64,000 nt of DNA. Origin: the human T2T-CHM13v2.0 reference genome, Homo sapiens. A model generated the notes under the pieces. That model made no database searches. It worked only from the letters and a program-made list of their open reading frames with translations, and was not told where the DNA came from. Shown in pieces: positions 1 to 15,700 of the stretch. The stretch lies in NCBI RefSeq assembly GCF_009914755.1, contig NC_060926.1; one strand, given 5' to 3'. The translations under genes and the position numbers were made by a program. How positions within the stretch are numbered: position 1 is the stretch's first letter; every line of letters starts with the position of its first letter.

Positions 1-87
1 TTGTTAGACTACATGACTATATTTGGTAGTTGTTGCATCTTTACTATGTTTTCACTGTATCTATAATTCTTTGATCATTTCTGTAAC

Positions 88-154
88 TGTCTCTGTTTCT
101 CTCTGTTTCTCTCTTTCTCTCTCTCTCTCTCTCTCCCCCTCCCTCCCTCTCTCT
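88..154 (+). repeat. (CT)n-rich polypyrimidine microsatellite
   Basis: tgtctctgtttctctctgtttctctctttctctctctc...ccctccctctctct read directly. Confidence 0.9.
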
Positions 155-404
155 GTTTTCACAGTTACAGGTACTTATTAGTCTTGTGGAAGAGTTAGTT
201 TGATTTCTGTACTTTATTATTTTGTTTTCTTTTGAACAGGAATTTTTTAATAGTGAAGTGTGTAACTTCATCTTTATAACACCATGTAAAACCTGACAGT
301 CCTAAGAAACATCTTGAGTAATTTCTCTTTCCTTTCAAATACCGTAACATGTTCTATATAGCAAACTACTTTTTACTGTTACTCTATTTACTCATATACA
401 TGCC

Positions 405-660
405 CTCTTCTCCACTAAACAATAACCACCTTGAAGGCAGAGAACTTTTGTTTAATATTTATATAATATTCACTCCATATCTATCTATATAGTCACTTAG
501 GATAGCAGTTGGAACTAAGTAAGCTCCCCTAAATTAATTAATTTCATCACCAATTCAGCAAATGTTTAATAAGTGTCAGACACTGTGCAGGATGCTATAA
601 ATAACAAAATGAAGTAGACATGCCTCAATCTTTAAGGAACATAGTCTAATAAAATAACAA
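405..660. mobile_element. Two degraded L2 3'-end fragments, tail-to-tail
   Basis: ctccactaaac...ccttgaaggcagagaac (+) followed by caattcagcaaatgtttaataag...cactgtgcaggatgct (-), resembling L2 3' ends; highly diverged. Confidence 0.45.
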
Positions 661-689
661 GGATATTAAAAGTGTGATACAATACTTCA

Positions 690-1600
<911 letters not shown>

Positions 1601-2091
1601 TATCAAGCTCTATAGGAACAAGAGATGAGACTTCATAGATGTGACACATGACCTAAGAACATAATGACATGTAGACATCTTTAAATAAAGAGGTTTTCCA
1701 AAGACAAAACACAAAGAAATAAAACCAAGGTACTTTGAGGAATTATTCTTTTATCAATAGAATTTTGTCATATGTTGCATGAGGGGCATTCTATGTGTTA
1801 GGCCATACAGTTAAGCAAAAAAAACAGACTGATGATGAAGGCCTTTATGTACCACACTATGCAATTTGTACCTCATTGAGAAGAACCATTGAAATGTTTG
1901 GCATGGAAGTAAATTATCAAGTTTAAATATTATGATCAATCCAAGGCACTTATGAGGACAGAATGGAAGAAATAAAGATTGTAGATCACTTTATAAACTT
2001 TCACATTATTCAAGCAAGAGACAGAAATAATCTTAAATAAGATGGTAGCAATAGCAATATTATCTTTACCAATATTCCTAGACCTGGTTTC

Positions 2092-2482
2092 CATCACAGA
2101 CTGAATGTTTGTGTTCCCCTAGATTCAAATGTTTAAACTCTAAACTCCAGTTGACTGTATTTGGAGATGAGGCCTCTATAGGAGTAATTGAAGTTAAATG
2201 AGATCATAAGGTTGAGGCTCTGATCCAATAGGATTAATGTCCTTATAGGAAGAGACATCAAAGGGCATGCTTGCTCTCAGTAAGCACTAAAAGAAGTTTT
2301 GCAAGCACACAGCAATATGGCAGCAGTCTATAACACAAAAGAAGAGGCCTCAGAATGAAACCGACCTGGCTGGCACATTGACCTTGATCTTCCCAGCATC
2401 CCAAATTGTGAGAAACAAATATCTGTTGTATAACCCACCCAGACTGTGGCATTTTGCTATGAAGCCCAAGCTGACTAATACA
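2092..2482 (+). mobile_element. MLT1A-type MaLR solo LTR
   Basis: gactgaatgtttgtgttcccc...gaagaggcctcagaatgaaacc...gctgactaataca, typical MLT1A termini. Confidence 0.8.
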
Positions 2483-2806
2483 GTCTTCCACTGGCTACAG
2501 AGATGGTGGGGAAGAGGGGGAAGGGAGAAGCAGGAAATGAAGACAAAAAGAAAAGAAGGAATTCCTCGACACAAAGATTGAATAACAATGCATTGCACCC
2601 TCAGGTGCAGGATGAACCCAGGTGAATAGGTTCTGGAGTGGACCCCCAGCAAACTTCAGCAGCCCTATGGAAGAGGGGCCTGATTGTTAAAAGAAAAACA
2701 ATCAAACAGAAAGCAACAACAACAACAGCATCAACAAAAAAGTCCCCACAAAAACCCCATCCAAAGGTTAGCAACCTCGAAGATGAAGCTAGATAAACTC
2801 ATTAAG

Positions 2807-3850
2807 ATGAGAACGAATCAATGAAAAAAATGCTGAAAACTCAAAAGAACAGAGTGCCTCTTTTCCTCCAAATATTCACAACACCTCTCCAGCAAGAGCA
2901 CAGAAGTGGGTGGAGGCTGAGATGGATGAATTGACAGAAGTAAGTTACAGAAGGTGGATAATAACAAATTTTGCTGAGCTACAGGAGCATGTTCTAACCC
3001 AATGCAAAGAAGTTAAGAACTTTATAAAACATTACAGGAGATTTTAACCAGAATAACCAGTTTAGAGAGGAACACAAATAACCTGATGGAGCTGAAAAAC
3101 ACAACATGAGAACTTCACAATGCAACCACAAGTATTAATAACCAAATCTACTAAGCAGAGTAAAGAATTTTATAGCTTGAAGATTATCTTGCTGAAATAA
3201 GACAGGCAGACAAGATTAGAGAAACAAGAATGAAAAGAAAAGAACGAAATCTCCAAGAACTATGGGATTATGTAAAAAGACCAAACCTATGACTGATTGC
3301 AGTACCTGAAAGAGATGGGGTGAATGGAACCAAGCTGGAAAACATACTTCAGGGTATCATCCAGGAGAACTTCCCCAACCTAACAAGACAGGCAGACATT
3401 CAAATTCAGGAAACCCAGAGGACCCCAATAAGATACTCCATGAGAAGATCAACCCAAAGACACATAATCTATCAGATTCTCCAAGGTTGAAATGAAGGAA
3501 AAAATGTTAAGGGCAGCCAGAAAGAAAGGCCAGGTCACCTACAAAGGGAAGCCCATAAGACTAACAGTGAAGCACTCAGCAGAAACTCGATAAGCCAGAA
3601 GAGATTGGAGGCTAATATTCAACATTCTTAAACAAAAGAATTTCCAGCCCAGAATTTCATATCTGGCCAAACTAAACTTCATAAGTGAAGGAGAAATAAA
3701 ATCTTTTTCAGACAAGCACATGCTGAGGAAATTCATCACCAGCAATCCTGCCTTGCAAGAGCTTCTGAAGGAAGCACTTAATATGGAAAGAAAAAAAAAA
3801 AAAAAAGAAACCATTACCAGCCACTGCAAAAACACACTGAAGTACACAGA
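2807..3850 (+). pseudogene. Disrupted L1 ORF1p (RNA-binding protein) remnant
   Basis: ATG at 2807; ORF1-like DNA (ccaggagaacttccccaacc, ctacaaagggaagcccataagac); broken by stops, frameshifts and an A16 run at 3791-3806. Confidence 0.8.
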
Positions 3851-3910
3851 TCAATGACACTATGAAGCAACTACATCAACAAGTTTGCAAAATAAATAGC
3901 TAGCATCATG

Positions 3911-6900
3911 ATGACAGGATCAAATTCACACATAACAATATTAACCTTAAATGTAAATGAGTTAAATGCCTGAATTGAAAGGCACAGAGTGGCAAGTTGG
4001 ATAAAGAGTCAAAATCCATCAGTGTGCTGTATTCAAGAGACCCATCTCAAATGCAAAGACACACACAGGCTCAAAATAAAGGGATGAAGAAAAATTTACC
4101 AAGATAATGGAAAGCAGAAAAAAGCAGGGGTTGCAATCCTAGTTTCTGAAAAAACAGGCTTTAAACCAACAAAGATTTAAAAAGACAAATAAATGCATTA
4201 CATGATGGCAAAGGGATCAATTCAACAAGAAGAGCTAACTGTCTTACATATGCACCCAATATAGGAGCATCTAGATTCATAAAATAAGTTCTTAGAGACC
4301 TACGAGGAGACTTAGACTTCCACACAATAATAGTGGGAGACTTTAACACCCCACTGTCAATATTAGACAGATCATTGAGACAGAAAATTAACAAGGATAT
4401 TCAGGACTTTAACTCAGCTCTGAATCAAGTGGACATGACAGATAGCTACAGAACTCTCCATCCCAAAACAACAGAACAAACAGACAGCTCAGTGCCACAT
4501 GGCACTTACTCTAAAATCAACCATGTAATTGGAAGTAAAACACTTATCAGGTATGTAAAATAGCTGACATCATAGCAAACAGTCTCTCAGACCACAACAC
4601 AATCAAATTAGAACTCAAAATTTTAAAACTCACCCAATACCACACAACTACACATAAATTGAACAATCTTCTCTTGAGTGCCTCCTGGGTAAATAATGAA
4701 ATTAAGGCAGAAATCAAGTTTTTTGATACCAGTGAGAACAAAGAGACAACATACCAGAATCTCTGGGACACAGCTAAAGCAGTGTTCACAGGAAAATTTA
4801 TTGCACTGGATACCAACATCAAAAAGCTAGACAGATCTCCAATTAACACCCTAACATCACAACTAAAAGAACTAGAGAACCAAGAGCAAACAAACCCCAA
4901 GGTTAGCAGAAGACAAGAAATACCCAAGATCAGAGCGTAATTGAAAGAGATAGAGACACGAAGAACCTTTCAAAAAATTAATGAATCCAAGAGCTGATTT
5001 TTTTTAAAAAATATAATAAAATATATAGTCTGCTAAAACAGATAGAATAAAGAAAAAAGAAAGAAGAATAAAATAGACACAACAAATGATATAGGGGATA
5101 TAACCACTGACTCCACAGAAATATAAACAACCATCAGAGAATACTATAAACACGTCTATGCAAATAAACTAGAAAACTGAGAAGAAATGGATAAATTCCT
5201 GGGCACATACACCCTCTCAAGACTGAACCTGGAAGCAGTTGAATTCCTCAATAGAACAACAACGAGTTCTGAAATTGAGGCAGTAATAAATAACCTACCA
5301 ACCAAAACAAAAGCCCAGGACCAGATGGATTGAGAGCTGAATTCTACCAGAGGTACAAAGAGAGCTGGTACCATTTCTTCTGAAACTATTCCAAGCAACT
5401 AAAAGGAGAGACTCCACCCTAACTAATTTTATGAGGCCAGCAACATCCTAATACCAAAAACTGGCAGAGATACAATGAAAAAAGAAAACTTCAAACCAAT
5501 ATCCCTGATGAACATCAATGTGAAAATATTCAATAAAATACTGGCAATGTGAATTCAGCAGCATATCAAAAAGCTTATCTATGATGATCAAATTGGCTTC
5601 ATCTCAGGATGCAAGCCTGGTTCAACATACACAAATCAATAAATGTAAATCATCACATAAACAGAACTAAAGAAAAACCACATGATTATCTCAATAGAAG
5701 CAGAAAAGGCCTTTGATAAAATTCAACATACCTTCATGGTAAAAACTCTCAATAAATTAAATATTAATGGAACATACCTCAAAATAATTAGTGCCATTTA
5801 TGGCAAACCCACAGCCAATATTATACTGAATGGACAAAAGTTGGAAGCATTCATCTTGAAAACCAGCACAAGAAAATGATGCCCTCTCTCACTACTCCTA
5901 TTCAACATAGTATGGGAATTTCTGGCCAAAACAATCAGGCAAGAAAAAGAAATAAAGGATATTCAAATAGGAAGAGAGGAAGTCAAACCAGCTCTGTTCA
6001 CAGGTGACATGATCCTGTATCTAGAAAACCCCATAATCTCAGCCCAAAAGCTTCTTAAGCTGATAAGCAACTTCAGCAAAGTCTCAGGATACAAAATCAA
6101 TGTGCAAAAATTATAAACATTCCCATACACCAATGATAGACAAGCAGAGAGCCAAATCATGAATGAACTACCATTCGCAATTGCTACAAAGAGAATAAAA
6201 TACCTAGAAATATAGCTAACAAAGGAAGTCAAGGATCTCATCAAGAAGAACTATAAATCACTGCTCACAGAAATAAGAGAGGACACAAACAAATGGTAAA
6301 ACATTTCGTCTCATGGATAAGAAGAATAAATATCGTGAAAATGGCCATAGTGCCCAAGGTAATTTATAGATTCATTGCTATTCCCATTAAAATACCATTG
6401 ACATTCTTCACAGAATTAGAAAAAAAATACTTTTAAATTCATGTAGAACCAAAAAAGACCCTTTATAGCCAAAACAATTCTAAGCAAAAAGAATAAAGCT
6501 GCAGGCATCACACTACCTGACTTCAAACTATACTACAAAGCTACAGTAACCAAACAGCATGGTACCAGTAAAAAAAAAACAGATACATAGACCAATGAAA
6601 CAGAATAGAGATCTCAGAAATAAGACTGTGCATCTACAAGCATTTGATCTTCAACAAACCCGAAAAAAGCAAGCAATGGGGAAAGGATTCTCAAAACTGG
6701 AAAATTGAAACTGGATCCCTTCCTTACACCTTATACAAAAATTAACTCAAGATAGATTAAAGACTTAAATGTAAAACTCTAAACTATAAAAACCCTAGAA
6801 GAAAATCTAGGGAATATGATTTAGGAATAGGCACAGGCAAATATTTCATGACGAAAACACCCAAAGTGATTGCAAAAAAAGCAAAAATTTACAAATGGGA

Positions 6901-7690
6901 TCTCATTAAACTAAAGAGCTTCTGGACAGAAAAACAAAACTATCATCAGAGTAAACAGACAATCTACAGAATGAGAGATAATTTTTGCAATCTATCCATC
7001 TGATAAAAGTCTAATATCCAGAATCTACAGGGAACTTAAACCAATTTACAAGAAAAATACAACCTCATTAAAAAGTGGACAAAGGACATGAACAGACACT
7101 TCTCAAAAGAAGACATTCATGTGGCCAACAAACATATGAAAAAAAGTTCAACATAACTGGTCATTAGAAAAATGCAAATCAAAACCACAATGAGATACCA
7201 TCTCACACCAGTCAGAATAGTGATTATTAAAAAGTAAAGAAACAACAGATACCGGTGAGGCTATGGAGAGATAGAAACACTTTTACACTGTTGGTAGGAA
7301 TGTAAATTAGTTCAACCATTGTGGAAGACAGTGTGATGATTCCTGAAAGACCTAGAACCAGAAATACCATTTGACCCAGCAATCCCATTATTGAGTATAT
7401 GCCCAAGGGAATATAAATCATTCTATTATAAAGACACATGCATGTGTATGTTTATTGCGGCACTATTTACAATAGCAAAGGCATGGATTCAACACAAGTG
7501 CCCATCAATGATAGACTGGATAAAGAAAATGTGGTACATATACACCATGGAATACTATGCAGCCATAAAAAACAACAAGATCATGTTCTTTGCAGGGACA
7601 TGGATGGAGCTGGAAGCCATTATCCTCAGTAAACTAAAACAGAAACAGAAAATCAAACACCACGTGTTCTCACTTATAACTGGGAGCTGA
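3911..7690 (+). pseudogene. Disrupted L1 ORF2p (endonuclease/reverse transcriptase) remnant
   Basis: atgacaggatcaaattcacac start; ORF fragments GDFNTPLS (EN), [16 protein letters not shown] (RT), YKDTCMCMFIAALFTIAK (C-terminal); many stops. Confidence 0.9.
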
Positions 7691-8517
7691 ACAATGAGAA
7701 CACATGGGCACAGAGAGGGGAACAACACACACTGGGCCCTGTTAGGGGTGTGGGGGGAGAGAGAGCATCAGGATAAATAGCTAATGCATGTGGGACTTAA
7801 TACCTAGGTAATGGATTGATACGTGCAGCAAACCATCATGGTACACATTTACTTATGTAACAAACCTGCATATCCTGCACATGTATCCCAGAACTTAAAA
7901 TAAAATATTTTTAAAAAAAATGCATTGAAAAAATTCAAAATATATTTGCAAGTGTCCCATGCCAATATAAAATACTTTGTAATGATAAGCTTGTATATGT
8001 CTTATGAAATCAGTTAGAATGAACATCCTAATATTCACATTTATATAATTTGATATAAAATAGTCACAGGATACATATTATTAATTTTGAAATTCTAGTT
8101 TTAAAATTTATGATCTGTTTAAAGTACTTCACTTTATTTCTGAGGTCTGGGATCTTATTTAGTTGATAATATCTCTGAATTATCTGAGTACCATGAGCCT
8201 GTGTAGCTTATTCTGCTGCCTCTAATGTTGCTGTTGCTGTTTTGAATATGGAATGAGTGTGGTGAGTGGATTTCTTCAACCATTTACTACCATAGAACCT
8301 CTAGATATTTCCACCAAATAAATAGTAGAGAACAAAATAAAATAAATCAAGTGTATTTTTACAGCTACATTCACATCTATTAGACAGAGTCTTTCATAGA
8401 AATTTTATGAAAGAGCATCATAATCCTCACACTTGTCACAACACACAGTCTAAACAGGCAACCTCTATTCACTCTAGGACAATATCTAAGGGACGGTGTG
8501 AAGGATATTGCAGGCAT

Positions 8518-8518
<1 letters not shown>

Positions 8519-8556
<38 letters not shown>
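8519..8556 (+). repeat. (CA)n microsatellite
   Basis: Pure CA run of about 19 units. Confidence 0.95.
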
Positions 8557-8557
<1 letters not shown>

Positions 8558-9818
8558 GTTTACAAATAGAGGTTTACCTTTTAGGTAGTTAGAGAGGGCC
8601 AGTAAAGAAGTCACACACTTTCAGCCTAATCAGTAATTAGTTCAAATCCAATAGAAATGACATCTGAAATTGTAATCTTAGAAACAAGATTCTTCTGAAA
8701 GATAACTTTGGAATGCACCAAAAATCAATTTTTCAATTTAGAAATGTTGCTTTTTCACTAACTCTTCAGTCATTACACATTGTATTTCTTTATGTCTATA
8801 TCTGGAAAAACCTTTGTAGCCACAGGTAAAATTAAACGTGGAAATTGTCACTTTACCTTGATTTAATAAATGTATTCAATTGTTTTAATGACATAAAATA
8901 ACGTGGTTTGTCTTCGACTACACAGTCTTGACAACAGGGAATTCATGTGTGTACTTAGCAAAATGAGGTACAGATAATGACAATGTGAAACCAATAATTT
9001 TCAAAATCCCTAGTGGTATTGACAAGAGTTATTATCTTTGTGGATTCTTAGAGTTTATGTCTCTAAACAGCTTTGGGAAGTGAGCAACCAAAATGTAGAA
9101 AAGAATCCTGCATCACCATAAGAACAAGTATGAAAATAAGGAGGTATTAGGAACGTTGAAGAATTTAGCAATGTATATAAAACCTCATCCTTTGTTTTCC
9201 CTTTCAGCTTTTCTCTCCCACCCTCACCCACTTTTATCTCCTTCTCTACCCGCCTTTTTCTGCCCCCCACCCCCCACCGCCACCATACACACACAGTGTG
9301 CAGTCTTTCTGTTATCATCATCTGCTCCTCACTGGCAGTAAAATAAAGAGGATAAAATTACTGGATTCTTACAGAGAACCCAGCCTTTGAAAATATCCCT
9401 TCTCAACATCTGGTTTCACTAGTTCTTCCGTCACTCAATCTATAAGTGAACATGATTTTCTGAAAAGTCATCAAGAATCAAACAGAATATTTTAAGCATC
9501 TTGCAACCAGGGACCACATTTATCCTGCTTAATTTTTATTCCCTGCCGAGTAGGACACCTGCTATGAGCTCAGTAAATGTTTGTTGTTTAACCAAATTAT
9601 CCAGTGATTCTGAATCATAGCCATGCCTTTATAAAGGACATTGTAGATTTGTCTTCCCAGCTTCTTCACACCAATCCAGCCCCTTTGCCCTCATACCACC
9701 CATGGTAGGAGCAGTAATAATTGTAAAATATGGTTATATGCTAAGATTTGATACCTGATCCAAACTCAGCAAATGAGCTCTTCCCCTAAGTAACTTACAG
9801 TCAGAACTAAGGGATTCA

Positions 9819-10151
<333 letters not shown>

Positions 10152-10394
10152 TTACATTTAAAGGTAGAGAAGACTGAAGCTGGCTTGCAAAGACAGAAAG
10201 GGGACCAGAAAGGAGACTGCAAGAGAAGCCCTCTATGGAGCACCTTCAATGGACTCTGGCCACATCCCTACTCTGTTTCTATAAGAGACCTTTTTATGCT
10301 TAAAATAATTTCATCTTTTACAAGGTAGTGCATGATAAGTTTTTTATTTATAACCTAAAGAGTGTTAATTAATTCAGTCCCACTATCGTCTGTG

Positions 10395-10550
10395 AAGATT
10401 TTTCAAAATGAAAATGAGAGGCCATCCCAGGAGATTCAGACTCAGTTTGAAACTCAGTATGAATGGGTAAGGATGCTGGCCTCTCTCACCATACGTTTTA
10501 AAGCTTCATAGATCACTGAGATGCTTAACCAGGGTTGAAAACCACTGACC
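10395..10550. mobile_element. MER5-like hAT-Charlie relic
   Basis: cccaggagattcagactcagt...ccagggttgaaaaccactg end motif. Confidence 0.5.
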
Positions 10551-12139
10551 TGTATTACGTATGTAGGAAAATACAAAGAAAAGGAAGACAGTGGCTTGGT
10601 GCTCCAGAGATTTTGGATTTCATTAATTGTATTGGACATGCACGTGTAAATAACACTTAAGTAAGTTTTGAAAGAATGCATCAAATTTTTGAACAAGTTT
10701 TGTTTAGAAGTATTGAATAAATAGGGAAGAAACATGATATTGGAATTAGACCAAACTGCTTCCCTTGGAAAAGTGTGTTTATTTCCATTTCAAATGGATC
10801 TTTCAGTACAATATATTAGAAAACTTTAACCTCTTAAAAATGTAAAAATAATGTCAATTTAGGTTAAATGACACAATTTAATTAGGTTAAAAGAATGGTT
10901 CAAAACATTCAAATCATGAAAATAAATTGTAAATTAAGATTAGCTTCTTGAAATGTTAAGATTATAAAACTGAAAATTTCTTTTGACTTATTACCAGATG
11001 AATTCATCCTATGTTAATTCCGTGTATCTGCTCTGGGCCATTTTTCTATGAATTATATGCTATTCATCATCCTGACATTACTAAAATAGCATAAACTTCT
11101 ATTGATAAAGATACTGCATTTAAATGTCATTGCTGATATTCTCTTCATATTTCTATGTACATCAGAAGAGATGTACATAGTTCTGAATAGGTGAATATTC
11201 AGAATATTCATCTGAATATGTGAAAAGTTCTGAATATGTGAATAATACGTTGGCCAACGTACATTTGATCTCAGAGACAAAAATACAGATTATTTTTCCA
11301 TTAGAGTAACTTATGTATTCCTCATAACAGATCTTGTTTATGAGAAAACATGCATAAAAATATTATTGACAAGCCTAGAACTATAGAGGGCTCTCAACTC
11401 TAGGCCACTCATTTTCACTTAAGCCTTTATTTAAACATTCATCTTTATTTTCCATAGTGGAAAACACACACATTCCTTCTAGTTGATAAGAAAAAGAGTC
11501 ATTCTTTTGCTTTTCTTTAATTCTGCTTTATAGCTCTGAATTATAGTGTTTTAAATAAACTATGATCACTCAAAAAATTTCTCCTTCAGAAAGATGTTAT
11601 AACAGTTTATACATTTCAATCAAGCTATAAAACCTGAATGTAAACCTAATTAACTACTATTAGCTGGGAAACAGAAGGTAGACGTATACCTTCCAAATTG
11701 AGGAGGAGTTACTGGTTTTCAGGACTTGGTCCTCACCTTTACAGTACAGAAATTAGATGTTCATTTGATGAGTATTTTTTTAAGTTTACCAGACAGATGC
11801 ATTACTATTTTTCTGAACTGCCTATTCAGTTTTATTTTCTTGTCCCATTTTTCTATTGCAGTGGTCATCATTTTTATTGATGTATAATAATATTGTATCA
11901 TAAATCTTCATAATATGTGCTTCCAAAGTTTTTTCTAATTTTTCACTAACCTTTGATTTGGTATTTAATTTTTAGTTGTCAGAAGTTTTTAATATTTGTA
12001 TCATCAAAGCTATCAGGTTATTAAAATTGACTTCTCATTTAGACATACTACAATTTTTTTTTAGGTAACAGAAATAAATATGTATCAAAAAAAAACCAGA
12101 GCATAGCAAAGCTGGCTATGTCCAATGGCAATAGGATCG

Positions 12140-12720
12140 GTCACCTTTCTTAGCTCTTGACAGCATGTACATGTACCTTCATTCATGAAGTTCTCTCTTT
12201 AGCTTCCAGGATAATATCTTCCGGATTTCTTGTTTCCTCTTTTGCCCCTCTTTTTCTATCTGCTTCATAGGCCCATCATGCATTACTTGCATATTTGTTG
12301 CAATTCTTCAAGATTTAGTGATAATACCTCTTCTGATTTTATTTTTTACTCTCAACCTTGGATACCTCATTCATGCTAATAAATTTAACTGCTCTCTATG
12401 GTCCATTGGTTGCTCACATTTTTATATCCCCAACTTGGATCACTCCTCTGATCTCTGTGTATGTTCAACTGCCTACTTGACACATGTACTTGTAAACCAC
12501 TAAGGTACCTGAAACTCAACATGTGCAAAACTAAGTGCCTTATTCCCTCTCTTCCTGCGTGATGCTCTTCTAATATTAACTAATACAATGATAACTATCA
12601 ATATATCATGCAATTCTGAAATTTAGAAGCCATATTTGACATCACACTTTCCTTTATGTCTATATCCAATGCATTATGAAGTGGTGCATAACAAACCCAA
12701 GTGGTATGATTCTACCTCTT
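12140..12720 (+). mobile_element. L2 fragment
   Basis: caactgcctacttgacac...cctgaaactcaacatgtgcaaaact resembles the L2 core. Confidence 0.7.
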
Positions 12721-12743
12721 GGGTTCACCTATTTCCCTTGCTG

Positions 12744-15700
12744 TTGTAAATTGACAATTTATAATTATATGGATTTATGGGGCAAAAAGTGATGTCATGA
12801 TTTACAAATATATTGAGAAATAATTAAATCAAGCTAGTTAACATATTCATCACTTCAAACAGTTAAAATTTTCTGGGATGAGAACATTAAAAATTTATTC
12901 TTTTAGCAGTTTTGAAATGTACTGCAATGTGTTATTAACTATATTCACCATGCTGTGCAATAGAACTCAAGAAGAAAAACATATCCTTTCTGTCTCTGAG
13001 ATTCTGTGCCCTTTGACTACTATTTCTTCATTCTCCCATGCCCCTGCTTTGTGTAATCACCATTCTACTTTCTGCTTCTATGAGTTTAATTGTTTTAGAT
13101 TCTACATATAAGTGAGATTATGTGGTATTTTCTTTTTGCCTGGCTTATTTCATTTAGTATAATGCTCTCCAATTCTGTTCATGTTGCTACGTATAACAGA
13201 ATATTCTTTTTAAGCCTGAATAGCATTTTATTGTGTATATATACATTTTCTTTCTTCATTCATCTGTTGATGGACACGTAGATTGATTCCCTTTCTTGGC
13301 TGTAGTGAATAATGCTATAGAGAACATAGAGTGCAGACATCTCCATCTCTTTGACAAACTGATTTTAAAACTTGTGAGTAAATACCCAGAAGTGGGATTG
13401 CTGGATTATATGCCAATTCTATTTTTAGTTTTTTTGAAAAACCTCCATACACAGTTCTCCATAAGGCCCACACCAATTTACATTTCACCAAGCGTATGAG
13501 GCTTCCCTTTTCTCCACATCTTGCTAACACTTATTTTTCATCTTTTGTTAATAACCATTCTGACAAATGTGAGATGATATCTCATTGTGGTTTAAATTTG
13601 CATTTGCGTAGTGATTAGTGATGTTGAACATTTTTGTATATATTTGTTGGCCATTTGTATGTCTTCCTTTGAGAAATGTCTGTTCGAGTCTTTTGCCCCT
13701 TTCTTAATTGGGTTTTTTGTTTTTTGCTGTTGAGTTGAGTTACTTGCATTTTTTTGCACATTAACCCCTTTTCATATGAATGGCTTACACATATTTTCTG
13801 ACAATCCACAGGCTGTCTTTGAATGTTGTTGTTTCCTTTGGTGTGCAGAAATTTTAGTTTGATGTAATCCTATTTGTCTATTTATCCTTTTGTTGCATGC
13901 GTGTTTTGGGTGATATCCAAAAATAATTTCATGGCCCAAAGTTGTGTGAATTTTCACTGATGTTTTCCTCTATTAGCTTTAAAGGTTCCGGTGCCATGTT
14001 TAAGTGTTTAATCCATTTTGGTTTGTTTTTTGTATATGGTGTGAGATGAGGATCCAATTTTATTCTCCTGCATGTGGATATTTAGTGTTCCCAAGACCAT
14101 TTATTGAAGAGACTGTCTTTTTCCCTTTGCATATTCTTGGCATCTTTGTTAAAAATTAATTGACTGTACATACATGGGTTTATTTCTGGGGTCTCTATTT
14201 TGTTCAATTGGTTAATATATCTATTTTTTTTTTTTTGCCAGTACCATGCTGTTTTAATTGCTTCAGCTTTGTAGTATAGTTTGAAATTAGATAGTGTAAT
14301 GCCTCCAGCTTTGTTCTTCTTGCTCATGGTTGCCTTCTTTATTCACGGATTTTTAGTTCCATGTGAATTTTACGGTTGTTTTTTTCTATAGCTATGAAAA
14401 ATTACACTGGAATTTGGATAAGCACTGCACTGAATCTGTAGATCTCTTTGGATTGTACAGACATTTTATTATAAAAATATGCAATTCTTCCAGTCCATGA
14501 GCATGAGATACTTTTCTGTTTATTTGCTTCTTATTGAATTTCCTTTATTGATATTTTATGGTTCAATGTACTAGTCTTTCACATTTTTGGTTACATTTAT
14601 TCTTAACTATTTTATTTCTTTGTAGCTATTTTATAAATGAAATTGACCTTTGATTTTTTTCAGAAAATTTGCCATTAGTTTTTAGAAACACTGCTGACTT
14701 TTGTATGTTGATTTTGTATTCTGCAATTTTACAGTATTAATTTAGTTCTCACAGATTTGAGGTGAAACCTGTAGGGTGTTCTACATTTTCTATACATAAG
14801 ATAATGTCCTCAGCAAAGGCAGTTTCACTTCTTTTCCTATTTGAGTGCCTTATTTCTTTCTCTTACATAAAATTGCTCTGGCAAGAACTTTTAATACTAT
14901 GTTGAATAGAAGTGGCAAGAGTAAGCTTTCCTTGTTTCAGATTTTAGAGAAATCTAAAAAGAACTTCAACTTTTGAACATTGAGTATAATGTTAGCTGTT
15001 GGCTTCTCCTATATGGTCTTTATTGTATCACTGTATATTCCTTCTATACCTAATTTGGTGAGAGCTTTTATCACGCAAGGATGTTGAATTTTGTCAAAGC
15101 TTTTTATGCATCTAATTAGATGATCGTATGATTTTTGTTCTTCATTTTGTTATTGTGATGTATCACAATTACTGATTTGCATATATTTCAACAATCGTTG
15201 CATCACAGGGATAAATCCTACTCGATCATGGTGGAAGATCCTTCCACCATGTGTTGTTGAATTTGGTTTGCTAGTATTTTGTTAAGGATTTTTGTATCTA
15301 TATTTATCACGAAGATTGGCCTACAGTTTTCTTTTTTTGTAATGTCCTTGTCTGGCTTTGGTATCAGGGTAATGCTGGCTTCATTAAAAAAGGTTGCAAG
15401 CATTCCTCCTCTTTGATATGTCAGAAAAATTTGAGGATTGGTATTCGTTCTTTTTTAAATGTTTGATAGAATTCTGCTGTGAAGGCATCAGGTCCTGGGC
15501 TTTTCTTTGAAGGTAGACATTTTATCACTGATTTAATTTCCTTGCTTGTTATGGGAAATCTCTATTGAGACCTACTTCTTCATGATTTAGTCTTAGTAGG
15601 TTATATGTGTCTAGAAATTTATTTCTTCTGGGTTATTTAATTTTTTAGTGCATAATTGTTCATAGTAGTCCACTATATTTTTTTGTATTTCTGTGGTATC

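Larger units (their letters stand above)
2596..7918 (+). mobile_element. Older primate LINE-1 (about L1PA10-13), truncated within the 5' UTR, ~5.3 kb, inactive
   Basis: ORF1, ORF2 and 3' UTR collinear; 3' UTR gagagcatcaggataaatagctaatgcatgtggg; A-rich tail; TSD aatgcattg at 2587-2595 and 7919-7927. Confidence 0.93.

Noticed and set aside
2596-7918. Possible active or full-length L1
   Set aside because: Most of the 5' UTR promoter is missing, both ORFs carry many stops and frameshifts, and the subfamily is old
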